From: an uncultured Gemmatimonadales bacterium
Lineage (GTDB): Bacteria; Gemmatimonadota; Gemmatimonadetes; Gemmatimonadales; GWC2-71-9
DNA: 64,000 bases
Direction: 5' to 3'
Assembly (NCBI GenBank): GCA_963844035.1
Contig: CAWJMT010000003.1
Location: 32,001-96,000 of the forward strand
Notes under the pieces: model-generated
Databases searched by the model: none
What the model saw: only the letters and a program-made list of their open reading frames with translations
Told to the model about the DNA's origin: nothing
Part shown: positions 23,860 through 36,497 of the stretch, one piece after another
How positions within the stretch are numbered: position 1 is the stretch's first letter
How the letters are laid out: the number at the start of each line of letters is the position of its first letter
Made by a program: the position numbers and the translations under genes

Positions 23860-25662
23860 GTGAGCAAGTGTGCGCCTGCGTCATCGCCCTGATGCTCGGG
23901 TGCGCGGGTGCGGCCCGGGCGCAGCTGGCCGTCACGCAGCCCACCACCAAGCTGCTGCTCCTGCCACTCGGCGTGAGCGCGCCCGCCGACACGCGCCGCC
24001 AGCATCGCCACGATGGACGCCGCCCGGGACCGGCTCAACGCGCTCGCGCGCTACAAGGTCATCGTCGTTCCCAAGGCCAAGCTGTGCGAGGCCCTCAAGG
24101 CGTCCGGGTTCCCCTGCGACCTGGTGCTCGACGAGGGACAGTCGCGCGAGCTCGCCCGATTCCTCAACGTGCACGCCTTCACGACGGGCACGCTGCTGCA
24201 GCATAGCGGCGCCGCGCTCGGCGCGCGCGTGCGGGTGGTGGACATCGGGTCGTCGGGGTTTCCGTTCCTGTTCGACGTCGCCAGCGACGCCGCCGACGCC
24301 GGCGGCGCTCGGCGAAGCGATTGCGCAGCGCCTGAAGAAAATCGTCGGCGCGGGCGAGAGCGCGCGCGATTGCAACGACAAGCGCATGAAGGGGCAGATT
24401 CCAGCGGCCACGGACGCGGCGAAGAAGGCCCTGTCGACTGAGCCGAACCTGCCGGCGGCGCATCTCTGCCTGGCGCACCGATGTACGAGACCCAGCGGTT
24501 CCCCCCCGACAGCCTGATCGCCGCCGCCACGCGGGCCACGCGCGGCGATTCGCTCAACCCGACGGCGTGGGAGACGGTCGCCCGGGCGAACCTCATGAAG
24601 GGCGACACGGTCAAGGCGGTGGACGCGTTTCAGCGCGAGCTGCGGGGCGAGCCTATGAACACGCCGCTGCGGCTGGGGATCGCCGAGCTGCTGTGGCACC
24701 AGCAGCAGTACCCGCTCGCCGTCGAGCTGCTCGACGAAGGCCTGGCCCGCCGGCCGGGCGACGCGAAGATGCTCGATCTCAAGTCCCGGATCTGCATCGA
24801 GGGACAGCTCGGGCGCTGCACGCTGGAAGGCTACGTGCAGCGGGCGACGGCGGACTCGGGGCTGCTGCGCGACTCGACATTCCTGAGGGGTGCGCTCGGC
24901 GCCGCGCAGCAGGCGGGGGATACGCAGCAATTGGTGTTTTTCAGCCGGGCCGCCGTGCGCAATTTTCCCTCATCGCCCGCGTTCTGGAAGGCGATGGGCC
25001 AGGTGTTTGCGTTGCGGGGCATGGCCGACTCGACGCGCGCAGCGTACTGCAAGTCGGCGGAGCTGAGCCCGACCGACATGAAGGCCGCGCTGCTCTGTGC
25101 CAAGGCCATCGTGGATCAGGCGACGTATGACACCGTCGCGGCCGGCCGCCTGAAGAGCGACACGGCGCGGCTGCGTGCGTTCCGGGCGGCGTTCGCCCAG
25201 GGGCTCGACACGGCGCACACGTACCTGGTCCGGGCGCGCGCATCCGCCGACTCGAGCGAGCGGCTCACCGCCGCCGTCGTCCTGCTCACCGGCGGGTCGA
25301 AACTGGCGCAGGCGGCCGCCTACGATCCCGCGTACATCTGGCTCGATGATGCGCTCCACACGGTACCGCTGCGATCGAAGGCGGACACCATCGGTCCCCG
25401 CCAGCAGGTGCGCGTGCAGGCGAGCTTCTGGTTCGGCATCGCCTCGGTGGCCTCGCTGCAGGAGCCCTACAAGCAGATGGTCGCGTCCAAGAGCTGTGGC
25501 GATGCGAAGGCGATCAACGAACGCCTGGTGCGGACTCACGAGGCGCTGGTGCTGGGCGGCCGGGTGTCGCCCAAGTTCGCGAACACGATGCTGCAAAACC
25601 TCGCGAAGTTCGAAGCGGTCATGCCGCAGGTGAAGAAGCAATTCAAGTGCAGCAACTTCTGA
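23860..25662 (+). CDS. Secreted TPR-like protein of unknown function
   Basis: GGAGG SD, signal-peptide-like N-terminus (ALMLGCAGAARAQ), helical repeats and several Cys; about 2 frameshifts. Confidence 0.68.
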
Positions 25663-25663
25663 G

Positions 25664-25692
25664 TTGAATTGACCTCCCCCCGGGTCTATATT
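25664..25692 (+). promoter_or_regulatory. Sigma70-like promoter TTGAAT-17-TATATT for tRNA-Asp (and possibly dcw)
   Basis: Direct match, followed by a GC-rich discriminator, 16 nt before the tRNA. Confidence 0.62.
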
Positions 25693-25708
25693 GCGGCGTC
25701 CGTCGCCC

Positions 25709-25783
25709 GGGGTTGTAGCTCAGCTTGGTTAGAGCGCCGGTCTGTCACACCGGAGGTCGCGGGTTCGAGCCCCGTCAGCCCCG
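25709..25783 (+). tRNA. tRNA-Asp(GTC)
   Basis: GGGGTTG/CAGCCCC acceptor stem; CCGGT-CTGTCAC-ACCGG anticodon arm; GGTTCGAGCC T arm; CCA not encoded. Confidence 0.96.
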
Positions 25784-25802
25784 CCTGAACCCGCGTCGCG
25801 GG

Positions 25803-26785
25803 ATGAGAGAACCGGCCCCGTCTGCCACGGCAGGCGGGGCTTTCGTTTTCACCGGGAGCGCTCGAACGTCCACCTATCATGTTCCCGTTCTCGCCGACAC
25901 CGTGCGCGCCTGGGCGGAAGGAAGCCACCGCGCGGTGGATGCCACGGTCGGCGGAGGCGGTCACGCGGCGCTGCTCCGCGCGGCCGGCGCCGAGGTGCTT
26001 GCGGCCGATCGCGATCCCGCGGCGATCGCCGCCGCGCGCGCCGCCCTGGGCGAGTCCGGCTACCGGTACGCGACGGGCGCGTTCGGGTCGGCCGAAGTGC
26101 TGGGCGCGATCGCGGCGTTCCGTCCCGATCGCATCCTGCTCGATCTCGGCGTCTCGTCACACCAACTCGACTCGTTCGACCGCGGGTTTAGCTTTCGGCC
26201 TGGGGCGCCGCTCGACATGCGTATGGGCGCCGAAGGGCGTCACCGCGGCCGACGTGCTGAACACGTGGCCGGCCGACCGCCTCGCCGCGAGCTTCGCGGA
26301 CCTGGCGGACGAACGACCGGCGGCGGCACGGCGCCTGGGGCGGGTCATCGTGCGGCGCCGCGCCCGCGAGCCGCTGCTCACGAGCGACGATTTCGTCAAC
26401 GCGATCCGCGAGACACTGGGTCCCCGGTCTGGTCCGGGGGATTTCGCCCGGCTGTTTCAGGCGCTGCGGATCGTGGTGAACGAGGAGCTGGAGCAGCTGG
26501 AGCTGGCGCTGCCCGAGCTGCGGGCCGCTCTGCGTACCCGGCGGGCGGCTCGCCGTCATCAGCTATCACTCGGGTGAGGATCGGATCGTCAAGCACACGT
26601 TTCGCGAATGGGCCAGGCGCTGCGTGTGCCCGCCGGGGCAGCCGGTCTGCACCTGCCGGGGCCGGCCGCTCGGCCGCTGCTGACGCGCCGCGCCACGCGG
26701 CCCGAGCCGTCGAGATCGCGGCCAACCCGCGCGCCCGCTCGGCGCGGTTCCGCGCGTTCGAGGCCCGGATGCCCGGTGTGAATGA
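25803..26785 (+). CDS. rsmH: 16S rRNA m4C1402 methyltransferase
   Basis: [66 protein letters not shown]; start and end uncertain. Confidence 0.93.
25814..25850 (+). terminator. Intrinsic-terminator-like hairpin after tRNA-Asp
   Basis: GCCCCGTCTGC-CACG-GCAGGCGGGGC followed by TTTCGTTTT. Confidence 0.75.
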
Positions 26786-27071
26786 TGGCCCTCAAGGGCC
26801 GCCACTGGGTCGCAGTGTGGCTGGCCGCCTTCCTCGCGGTGGCCTGGATCGTCATCGGCCGGCAGACGTCCGCCATCGCGCTCGCGCGCGCGCTCACCGC
26901 GCTGCGCGCGGAGCACGCCAACCTCGCGGGACACGGGGCGGACCTCGAGCGCCGGATTCGCGCGGCGACGAGCCGCAGCAACCTGATGCGGCGCGCGCGC
27001 GTGAGCGGGCTGCGCCTCCCGGCGGACACCGAGATCGTCCTGCTGCCGGCGCCGACGGGGAGCCGCGCTGA
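26785..27071 (+). CDS. ftsL: FtsL-like cell division protein
   Basis: Single TM followed by a coiled coil, between rsmH and ftsI. Confidence 0.65.
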
Positions 27072-27076
27072 CCGGC

Positions 27077-29000
27077 ATGGCGAAGCTCCCGGTCGCGGCT
27101 TCACGGTGATCGAGGGCGCGTTGCTGCTCGGCCTGATCGCGCTCGTCGGACGGGCGGCGTAGGTGCAGCTCATCCAGGGCAACCGCTGGTCCACCGAAGC
27201 GCGCGTGCAGCGCACCGACCAGATCGTGCTCGCGGCGCGGCGCGGCGCACTCTCCGACCGGCACGGGAAGCCGCTCGCGCTCACGCAGGAGACCTATCAC
27301 GTCGGCGTGGCGCCCAAGGAGGTGCGCGATCCCGAGCGCGATGCGGAGATGCTCGCCCGCCAGCTCCGTGGGCCCCTCACCGACATCCGGGTCGCGCTCC
27401 GCAAGCGCTACGCGTACTTCGCGGGCCCGTTCACCACGGTGCAGGTGCGGCCGCTGCGCGCGCTGCGCGGCGTGTACCTGGAGCCGGTCGTGAAGCGCTT
27501 CTACCCGCAGCCGGACCTCGGCGCGCGGTCATCGGCCGGGTGGAGGACGACGGGCACGGCGCCACCGGCCTCGAGCGGGCGCTCGACACGCTCCTCGCCG
27601 GGCAGCCCGGCACCGCGGTGATGCTCGGACCGCGACGGGCGGGAATACCTGTCTCCCGGCCCGCGTCGTCAGGACCCCGGACCCGGGCGCCGACGTCTAC
27701 CTCACGCTCGACGCCGACCTGCAGGAGATCGCCGAGCGCGCGCTGGCCGACGCGGTGCAGCGACGCAGGCCGACGGCGGCGACGTCGTGATCCTCCAGCC
27801 GGAGACGGGCGAGGTGCTGGCGCTCGCGCGCGGCGCCGCCGGGGTGGCGCGGCCCGGCCCGTGAGCGACACGTTCGAGCCGGGCTCGACGGCCAAGGTGT
27901 TCACCGCGGCGGCGCTGCTGGCGCGGGAGCGCGCAACCCGACGAGCGCGTGTCGGGCGAAGGCGGCCGCTACCGGCTCGGCAAGCGGACCATCGCGACGA
28001 CGACCCGCCGGCGTCGCTCACGCTCGCCGACGTGATCCGGGTCTCGAGCAACATCGGCATCGCGAAGTTCGGCCCGCGCCTCAGCAACGTCGAGCTGTAC
28101 GAGGCGTTCCGGGACTTCGGCTTCGGCTCGATGACGGGGGTGGACCTGCCGGCGGAGGCGGCGGGGCGGTTGCGGCAATCCGCGGGGGTGGACGGACGAG
28201 AGCGCGGCGAGCCTCGCGATGGGCTACGAGCTGGCGGTGACGCCGCTGCAGCTGGCCGCCGCCTACGGGGCGCTGGCCAACGGCGGCGTGCTGCTCGAGC
28301 CGACGCTGGTGCGCGAGGTGCGCGGGCCCGACGGCGCGGTGGCCTGGCGCGCGACGCCGCGGCCGGTCCGGCGCGCGGTCCCGCGGACCGTCGCGTCGCA
28401 GCTGGTGCACATGATGACGGGTGTGGTGGAGGAGGGCACGGCGCGGCGGGCGGCGCTGGGCACGTACAACGTGGCGGGCAAGACCGGCACGGCGCGGCGC
28501 AACGTCGGCGGCCACTATCTTGAGGGGCACTACTGGGCCAGCTTCGTGGGGCTGTTCCCGGCCGACGACCCGCAGCTGGTGCTGGTGGTGAAGATCGACG
28601 ACCCGCAGGGCGAGTACTTCGGCGGGACCACGGCGGCGCCGGTGGTGCGCACGATCCTCGAGGCGGCCCTGGCGACGCCGGCGGTGGCGCTCGATCGCGG
28701 GCGGCTGACGCGGCGCCGCGCTCCCGACGCGGCGGCGCCGGCGGCGGCGCCGGCGGACGGCGCGCCGATCGTGGTGGCGTGGCCGCCGGCCGCCGCGCCG
28801 ACTCGACGCGGCGCCCCCGGGCGGGCCGTGCCGGACGTCGACGGGCCTCGGGCTGCGGGCGGCGGCGCGGACGCTGCACCGGAGCGGGTTCGAGGTGCGG
28901 ATCGAAGGGTGGGGACGCGTGATCTCCACGACCCCGGCGGCGGGCGCGAGCGCGCGCCGGGGCACGACGATCGTCAGTCCATGCGGAGCGGCGGGATGCG
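27077..29000 (+). CDS. ftsI: Class B penicillin-binding protein with C-terminal PASTA domain
   Basis: ARRGALSDRHG; FEPGSTAK (SxxK); SSNIG (SxN); GKTGTA; VPDV.GL PASTA; in-frame TAG at 27160 plus indels. Confidence 0.9.
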
Positions 29001-30466
29001 GGCTGAGGCGCTAGGGAACGGCTGGCGGGCGCCGGCCTCCTGGAGCGGTGGCCGGACGGCGTCGTGGTCCCCGAGTCGCGGGCGGTCACCACCGACAGTC
29101 GTCGCGTGACGCCGGGCGCGCTCTTCGCCGCCTATCCGCGGCGCGGCGAGCGACGGGCACCGGCTCGCCGCCGCCGCGGTGCGGGGCGGGGCGGTGGCCG
29201 CGATGGTGAGCGCGCGCTGCCGGACGCTCGGGGTGCCCCAGATCGTGGTGCGCGACGGCCGGCCGCGCCGCGGCGGCGCCGCCGCCCTCTGCCACGGCGA
29301 CCCGGCCGACCGCCGCTCGAGCTGCTCGCCGTGACCGGGACCAACGGCAAGACGACGACGGTCGCGCTGCTCCGCCACCTCTCGGCGACACGGCGCCGGC
29401 GGGGTCCATCGGCACCCTCGGGCGCCATCGACGGGGCCGGGCACGTGCTGCCGGGCACGGCGGCTCCCTCACGACGCCGGGGCCGGTCGAGCTGCAGGCG
29501 GCGCTCGCGGCGCTGCGCGACGGCGGCGTGCGCACGGTGGCGATGGAGACCTCGTCGCACGCCCTCGACCAGGACCGCGTCGCCGGCCTCCGCGTTCCGC
29601 GCGGCGGTGTTCACCAACCTCACGCGCGACCACCTCGACTATCACGGCGACGAGGCACGTACCTGGCGGCGAAGCTGAAGCTGCATCGTACCTCGCGCCG
29701 GACGGCGTCGCGGTCAGCAACGCCGCGGACCCGGCGTGGCGCGCCCTGGCGCCGCGGCCGGGGAACCTCACCTTCGGCGTCGAGGTGGACGCCGACGTCA
29801 CGGCCCGCGACGTGGAGGGCGACGCGACCGGGATGCGCTTCACGCTGGGCTTCCGCGGCGGCCGCGTTCCCGGTGGCCCTGCCGCTCCTCGGCCGCTTCA
29901 ACGTCGAGAACGCCCTCGGCGCCGCGGCGGCGGCCCTCGCGCTCGGGCGGCCGCCGCGCACGTGGCGGAGCAGCTCGGCGCGGCGCCGCAGGTCCCCGGC
30001 CGGATGGAGCGCCTCACCGACACGCCGTGCGTCGTGCTGCGGGACTACGCCCACACCCCCGACGCGCTCGAGCGCGCGCTGGCGGCGCTCCGGCCGCTCA
30101 CCCGGGGGCGCCTCATCGTGGTGTTCGGCGCCGGCGGCGACCGCGACCGCGGCAAGCGGCCGGTGATGGGCGGCATCGCCGTGCGCGACGCCGACCTGCC
30201 GATCGTGACGTCCGACAATCCGCGCACCGAGGACCCGGAGCGCATCCTCGACGACATCGAGGCGGGGATGGGGGACGCGGCCCGCACCTGCGCATCGTGG
30301 ACCGCACCGTCGCCATCGCCCGCGCCGTCGAGCATCGCGCGGCCGGACGACACGGTGCTCCTCGCGGGGAAGGGCCACGAGACCTACCAGGTGGTGGGCA
30401 CGGAGAAGCTGCCGCTCGACGAGCGGGTGATCGTGCAGGGGGATCGTCGGGGGCGGGACGGCGTGA
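28996..30466 (+). CDS. murE: UDP-MurNAc-tripeptide ligase (mDAP-type)
   Basis: DSRRV, VTGTNGKTT, METSSHALDQ, FTNLTRDHLDYH, DYAHTPDAL, SDNPRTEDP, AGKGHETYQ. Confidence 0.92.
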
Positions 30467-31780
30467 CGCCCAGTGGTCCGGTGCGGGCCGGTGGCGGCCG
30501 ACGCGCTCGGCCCCCCGCGCGGCGCCCGCGACCGCGGCTACGCCGGCGTGTGCACCGACACCCGCGCGCGGGCCGGGCGATCTGTACGTCGCGCTCGGGG
30601 CGAGCGGTTCGACGGCCACGACTTCCTCGGAGACGCGCGCGCGCCGGGGCGGGGCGGTCGTCCGCCACCACACGCCGGCGTGGCCGGCTGACGTGGTTCG
30701 AGGTCGACGACACGCTCGTGGCGTACGGCCGCCTGGCGCGGGCGCGGCGCGCGATGCCTTCGGGCGCCCGTGGTCGCGGTGACCGGCACCAACGGCAAGA
30801 CCAGCACCAAGGAGCTCGGCGGCCGCGGCCGCGGCGCGCTGCGCGTGCACCACGGCGGCCAGAACCTCAACAACCTCGTCGGCGTGCCGCGGACGCTCCT
30901 GGGCGCGCCGGAGGACAGCGGCGTGGTGTCGAGTGCGGCGCCAACCAGCGCGGCGAGCTGGCGCAGATGCGGGAGATGGTGCGCCCACGTCGTCGTCGTC
31001 ACCAACGTGGGCGACGCGCACCTCGAGGGGTTCGGCGCGCTCGAGCCGGTGCTGCAGGAGAAGCTGTCGCTCGTCCCGGGGGCGCCGCTGGCGGTCGTCG
31101 GCCCGGCCCGCCGCTCTGGCCGACGCCGCGCCGCCGCGCCCGGCGCTCGTAGCGCGGGACCGACCCCGCGGCGACTGCACCCCGAAGACGTCGGCTGGTC
31201 GACGCCGGGCGCCGCGTTCCGTGGGGGGGGTCGCGGTCGCGCTCCCGGTGCCGGGACGCCACCAGGTGGTGAACGCCGCGTCGCCCTCGCCGTCGCGCGC
31301 GAGGCGGGCGCTGACGCCGCCCGCGCGCTCGCGGCGCGGGCGTGCGCTGCCGCCGGGGCCGGCGGCGTGTCGACGGTGCGCGGGCTCACCGTGCTCGACG
31401 ACACCTACAACGCCAATCCCGCCTCGATGGCGGGGCGGCGGCTCGAGCAGCTGCAGGCGGCGCGCCGGCGCCGCCGCACGCGGTCGTCGTCGGCACGATG
31501 CGCGAGTTGGGACCGCGAGTGGCCGATTCCACGCGGCTGGCGGAGCGGATCCTGGCGCTGCGGCCGGACGTCGTCGCGGCGGTCGGGGACTTCGCCCCGG
31601 CGTTCGCCGGGTTGGCCGGCCGGCAGCGGGGGCGCGCTGGTGACGGGCCCGACGCCGCGGCCTGGCCCCGGCTCGGGAGGCGCTGCGGGGCGACGATCGC
31701 GCTCTTCAAGGCGTCGCGCGGTGCGGCGCTCGAGCAGCTTTCCCCCTTCTGGCTGGCCCTCCGGGGGCGAGGCGCACTAG
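30463..31780 (+). CDS. murF: UDP-MurNAc-pentapeptide ligase (heavily frameshifted)
   Basis: GERFDGHDF, VTGTNGKTSTKEL, NLNNLVGVP, AHLEGFG, DDTYNANPASM, GTMRELG, KASRG. Confidence 0.88.
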
Positions 31781-32896
31781 TGCTCTTCTGGCTGCTCTGG
31801 CCGCACGCGCGGCACACCGTCTTCAACCTGGTCAGCTACATCTCGTTCCGCGCGGCGGCGGCATGGTCACGGCGCTGCTCATCGCCTTCGTCTGGGCCCC
31901 GATCATCGGGCGGCTGCGGGCCCACAAGGTCGGCCAGATCGTGCGGGCCGACGGACCGGCCACCCACCTGGGCAAGCGCGGCACGCCGACCATGGGCGGG
32001 CTCATCGTGCTGCTGGCGACCGTGGTGCCGACGGTGCTGTGGGCGCGGCTCGACAACCGCTTCGTGCTCGTCGCGCTCTTCGCCACCTGTGGATGGGCGC
32101 GATCGGCTTCGTGGACGACTACCTCAAGATCGTGCAGCGGCGCCGCGGGCCTCGTGGCCCGGTACAAGATGGCCGGGCAGGTCTCCTTCGGGCTCGCGCT
32201 CGGGCTGGCCTGCTGCTCGTTCCCCTGGACGGCACGGTCCTGCGCCGTCGGCGACCACCGTGCCGTTCTTCAAGTACGTGTACGTGGTGAGGTTCTGGCC
32301 GTCCCTTACGTCGTGTGGGTGACGTTCATCGTGACCGGCAGCTCCAACGCGGTGAACCTGACCGACGGCCTCGACGGCCTGGCGGCCGGCCTGTCCGCGA
32401 TCGCCGCGGATCACCTTCGCGGCCTTCGCGTACCTCTTCGGCCGCGTGGACGCGTCGGAGTACCTCAAGGTCTTCTACCTGCCCGGCGCGGGCGAGCTGG
32501 CGATCTTCTGCGCGAGCCTGATGGGGGCCTGCATCGGCTTCCTGTGGTTCAACGCCCACCCGGCGCAGGTGTTCATGGGCGACACCGGCTCGCTCGCCAT
32601 CGGCGGCGCGCTCGGGACCGTCGCCATCCTCCTCAAGGCCGAGTTCCTGCTGGCTCATCGGGGCGGCGTGTTCGTGGCGGAAGCCGTCTCGGTGATGCTC
32701 CAGACCAGCGTGTTCAGGTACCGCCGCCGGCGCTTCGGGCTGGAGTACGCGACAGCAGCACCGGTTGTTCCGGATGGCGCCGCTGCACCACCACTTCGAG
32801 AAGCTCGGGTGGCCCGAGCCGACGGTGGTGACGCGGTTCTACATCCTCGGCCTGCTGTGCGCGCTCGTGGCGCTCTCCACGTTGAAGGTCCGGTGA
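31780..32896 (+). CDS. mraY: Phospho-MurNAc-pentapeptide transferase
   Basis: [59 protein letters not shown]. Confidence 0.95.
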
Positions 32897-34234
32897 TCCC
32901 CGACGCCTGGCGGAGCGGGGAAGCCGCGGTCGTCGGCCTGGCGCGGAGCGGCCGCGCCGCGGCGCGGCTGCTGGTCCCGCGGGGTTCGCGTGTACGCGTG
33001 CGATGCGTCGGGCGACCCCGGACTCGAAGCGCACGCGCACGAGCTGCGGGAGGCCGGCGTGCGAGGCCGCGCTGGGGGCCACGACCTCGAGCGCATCCGC
33101 GCGCGCGGCGGTGGTCGTGCTCTCGCCCGGCGTGCCGCCCGACGCGCCGCCCGTCGGGCCGCGGCGGACGCCGGCGTCCCCATCGTCTCCGAGCTGGACC
33201 TCGGCGCGCGGCTCCTGCCCGCACGCGGCTCATCTGCGTCACCGGCAGCAACGGCAAGACGACGACGACGGCGCTCGTCGCGCACCTGCTGCGCGCGGCG
33301 GGGCTGAGCGACGCGCCGCCGCCGGCAACATCGGCAACCCCGTGTGCGCCGGCGCGCTGCGCGCGGCCCCGGCGTGGCTCGCGGTGGAGTGCAGCTCGTT
33401 CCAGCTGCACGACGTCGCCGTCGCTCCACCCGGCGGCGGCGTCGTCACCAACCTCTCGCCCAACCACCTGGACCGGTACGCGAGCCTCGACGCCTACTAC
33501 GGCGACAAGCGGCTCCTCTTCCGGAACGCGCGACGACGCGAGCCGCTGGGTGGTGAACGGGGACGATGACGCGGTCCTGGACCTGGCCGGGGCGCGCGGG
33601 CAGGTCGAGCCGTTCTCCCTGTGACGCCGCCGGCGCCGGGTACTTCGACCGCGCCGCCGGGTGGCTGGTGCTGCGGGGCACGCCGCTCCTGCGCCGCGCC
33701 GAGTTCCCGCTCGCCGGCGACCACAACGTGCAGAACGCCCTCGCCGCGGCCGTCGCGATGCCGCCCGAGGCCGGACCGGCGCGGCGCCTCGCCGAGGGGC
33801 TGCGCACCTTCCGGCGCTGCGAGCACCGCCTCGAGCCGGTCCGCGAGGTGGGCGGCGTGCGGTGGATCAACGACTCCAAGTCCACCAGCGTGGCGGCCAC
33901 GGTCGTCGCGGTGCGCTCGATGGACCGGCCCGTTCGTGCTCCTGCTGGGCGGCCGGCACAAGGGCGCGCCCTACACCGACCTCCGGCCGCTGCTCGCCGG
34001 GGCGCGCGCGGTCGTGGTCGCGTACGGCGACGCGGCCCCCATCGTCGCCGCGGACCTCGCCGGCGCGGCGCCGCTCGAGCGGGGCGGGGACTTCGCGGAC
34101 GTGGTCGCGCGGGCGCGGCGCCCGGCCCGGCCGGGCGACGCCGTGCTCCTCTCCCCGGCCTGCTCGAGCTACGACATGTTCGACGACTACGAGGAGCGCG
34201 GCCGCTCTTCAAGCAGCTGGTCGAGGCCCTCTGA
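32893..34234 (+). CDS. murD: UDP-MurNAc-L-Ala--D-Glu ligase
   Basis: [58 protein letters not shown]. Confidence 0.93.
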
Positions 34235-35367
34235 TGGCGAAGCGCGAGTGGCTCTGGGCTGGGAGTCGCGCCTCCTCATCCTCATCGCCGCGATCCTCGT
34301 CGTGTTCGGCCTCGCCTCCATCTATGCGGCGTCGTCCACGCTGGTCGGAGCGCGGCGGCGAGGTCGGAACGGGGTTCGTGCTGCACCAGGTCGTCGGGGC
34401 GCTGGTCGGCGCCGTGCTGCTCCTGGTGCCGGCGCGATCGGACTACCTCGAGTGGCAGCGCGCCGCCTGGCCGCTCCTCGCGGTGACGGCGCTGATGCTG
34501 CTCATGCCGCTGCTGCCGTTCACCCACGGCGATCGCGCCGCCGATCAACGGCTCGCGGCGCTGGCTCAAGCTCGACGGCGTCTCGATGCAGGTCTCCGAG
34601 CTCGCCAAGCTCGCGGTCGTCCTCTGGACCGCGATGCTCTGCGCGAAGAAGGGCGACGAGGTCCGCCGGTTCCGGCGCGGCCTGCTGCCGATCCTCACGG
34701 TGCTGGCGCCGCTGCTCGCGCTCATCTTCCTCGAGCCGGACCTCTCGACGGCGGTGGAGGTCGGCTGCTCGCGATGGTGGTGCTCTTCGCCGCCGGGGCG
34801 CGGATCGGCCACTTCATCGTCCTCGCCGTCGGTGGCGCTCCGCTCCTCTGGCGCGGTCGAGGACGTGCAGTACCAGCTCGCGCGCGTGGTCACCTTCCTC
34901 GATCCGGGCGCGGACCGGCTCGAAGCGACCTATCAGGTGGACCAGTCGCTCATCGGGCTGGGCGCGGGCCGGTTGTTCGGCGTCGGCTTCGGCCAGGGGC
35001 AGCAGAAGCTCGGCTTCCTGCCGTATCCGTACAGCGACTTCATCTTCAGCACCATCGGCGAGGAGTGGGGCTTCATCGGCATCAGCGTGATCCTGCTGCT
35101 GTTCGCGACCTTCGTGTGGCTCGGCTTCCGCATCGCCCGCTCGGCCTCGGACCGGTTCGGCCAGCTGCTCGCGGTGGGGCTCACCGCGTTGATCGGGATC
35201 TCCGCGCTGCTGCACGTGGGGGTGACACTGGCGCTGCTGCCGGCGACCGGCGTGACGCTGCCGTTCATTTCGTTCGGGCGCTCGAGTCTGTTCATCTCGC
35301 TCGTGGTGACCGGCGTGCTGGTGAGCATCGCGCGCGGACGCGGGGCCCGCGGCGGGCGACCGTGTGA
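34234..35367 (+). CDS. ftsW: SEDS peptidoglycan polymerase
   Basis: NGSRRW, QVSELAKL, EPDLST, YQVDQS..G.G.GQGQQK..LP.PYSDFIF..GEEWG, TGVTLPFISFG. Confidence 0.93.
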   Translation: MAKREWLWAGSRASSSSSPRSSSCSASPPSMRRRPRWSERGGEVGTGFVLHQVVGALVGAVLLLVPARSDYLEWQRAAWPLLAVTALMLLMPLLPFTHGDRAADQRLAALAQARRRLDAGLRARQARGRPLDRDALREEGRRGPPVPARPAADPHGAGAAARAHLPRAGPLDGGGGRLLAMVVLFAAGARIGHFIVLAVGGAPLLWRGRGRAVPARARGHLPRSGRGPARSDLSGGPVAHRAGRGPVVRRRLRPGAAEARLPAVSVQRLHLQHHRRGVGLHRHQRDPAAVRDLRVARLPHRPLGLGPVRPAARGGAHRVDRDLRAAARGGDTGAAAGDRRDAAVHFVRALESVHLARGDRRAGEHRARTRGPRRATV

Positions 35368-36452
35368 AGGTCGTGATCGCCGGCGGCGGCACCGGCGGCC
35401 ACCTCATGCCCGCCCTGGCGCTGGCGCAGGCGTTGCGCGACACGCGGGCCGACGTCGAGATCCTGCTCGTCGGCGCCGAACGCGGGCTCGAATCGCAAAT
35501 CCTCCCGCGCTACTCCGTATCCGTTCCGCCTGCTGCCGATGGAACCGCTGTACCGCCGCACGTGGTGGCGCAACGCGCGCCTGCCGCTGGTCGCGTGGCG
35601 CGTGTGGCGTGCGGTGGACCGGCTGCTCGACGCCGAACAGCCGGCGATCGTCGTCGGCACCGGGGGATACGCGGCGGGACCGACGGTGTGGCGCGCGCAG
35701 CGGCGCGGTGTGCCGACGGCGCTCCAGGAGCAGAATGCGTTTCCCGGGCTCGCCACCCGCTGGCTCGCGAAAGGCGCGCGCCAGATCCACCTGGGATTCC
35801 CCGAAGCGCGTGAGCGGCTCACGCTGGGGCGCGCCACCGAGGTGTTCACCTTCGGCAATCCGATCCGTCCACCCGAGCCCGGCGATCGCGCCGCCGCGCT
35901 GCGCGCGCTCGAGCTCGATCCGGGCGCGCCCGTGCGTGCTGGTGTTCGGCGGCAGTCAGGGCGCGCGGGCCGTCAACAACGCGCTCGCGGGCGCGCTCGA
36001 GCGCGACCTGCTGCCCACGACGAACGTGCTGTGGGGAACCGGAGCCGCATCCGCGGCGGCGCTGGCGCGCCACGCCCAGCCCGGCCGTGTGGTGGTGCGG
36101 GGATTTTTCGATCCCATGACGCCTGCGTATCGGGCCGCCGACCTCGTGGTGTGCCGCGCGGGCGCGATGACCGTGGCGGAGCTGTGCGCCTGGGGGAAGG
36201 CGAGCGTCCTCGTGCCGCTCCCCACCGCGGCCGCCGACCACCAGACGTACAACGCGCGGGCGCTCGCCGACGTCGGTGCCGCCGTGCTGCTTCCCGAGAG
36301 CGAGCTGAGTCCGGAGTCGCTCGCTGACGCTCGTGTCGCAGGTGATCGCGGATCGGGTCCGACTCGCGTCGCTGGGCGCCCTCGCCCGCGACCGGGGACA
36401 CCCCGACGCAGCCCGGGAAATAGCGTCAACAATCTTGACACTTACCCCGTGA
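35364..36452 (+). CDS. murG: Lipid II GlcNAc transferase
   Basis: GGGTGGHLMP, GTGGY, EQNAFPG, GNPIR, FGGSQGA, RAGAMT, HQTYNA. Confidence 0.95.
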
Positions 36453-36497
36453 CCTCTTTCGCAAGTTTCGTAGATTCTATATATTAGCCCTCCACTA

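Noticed and set aside
23750..25783. Region between the two tRNAs as an integrated island
   Set aside because: No integrase and no duplicated tRNA 3' end (att site); a single host-like gene lies between them.
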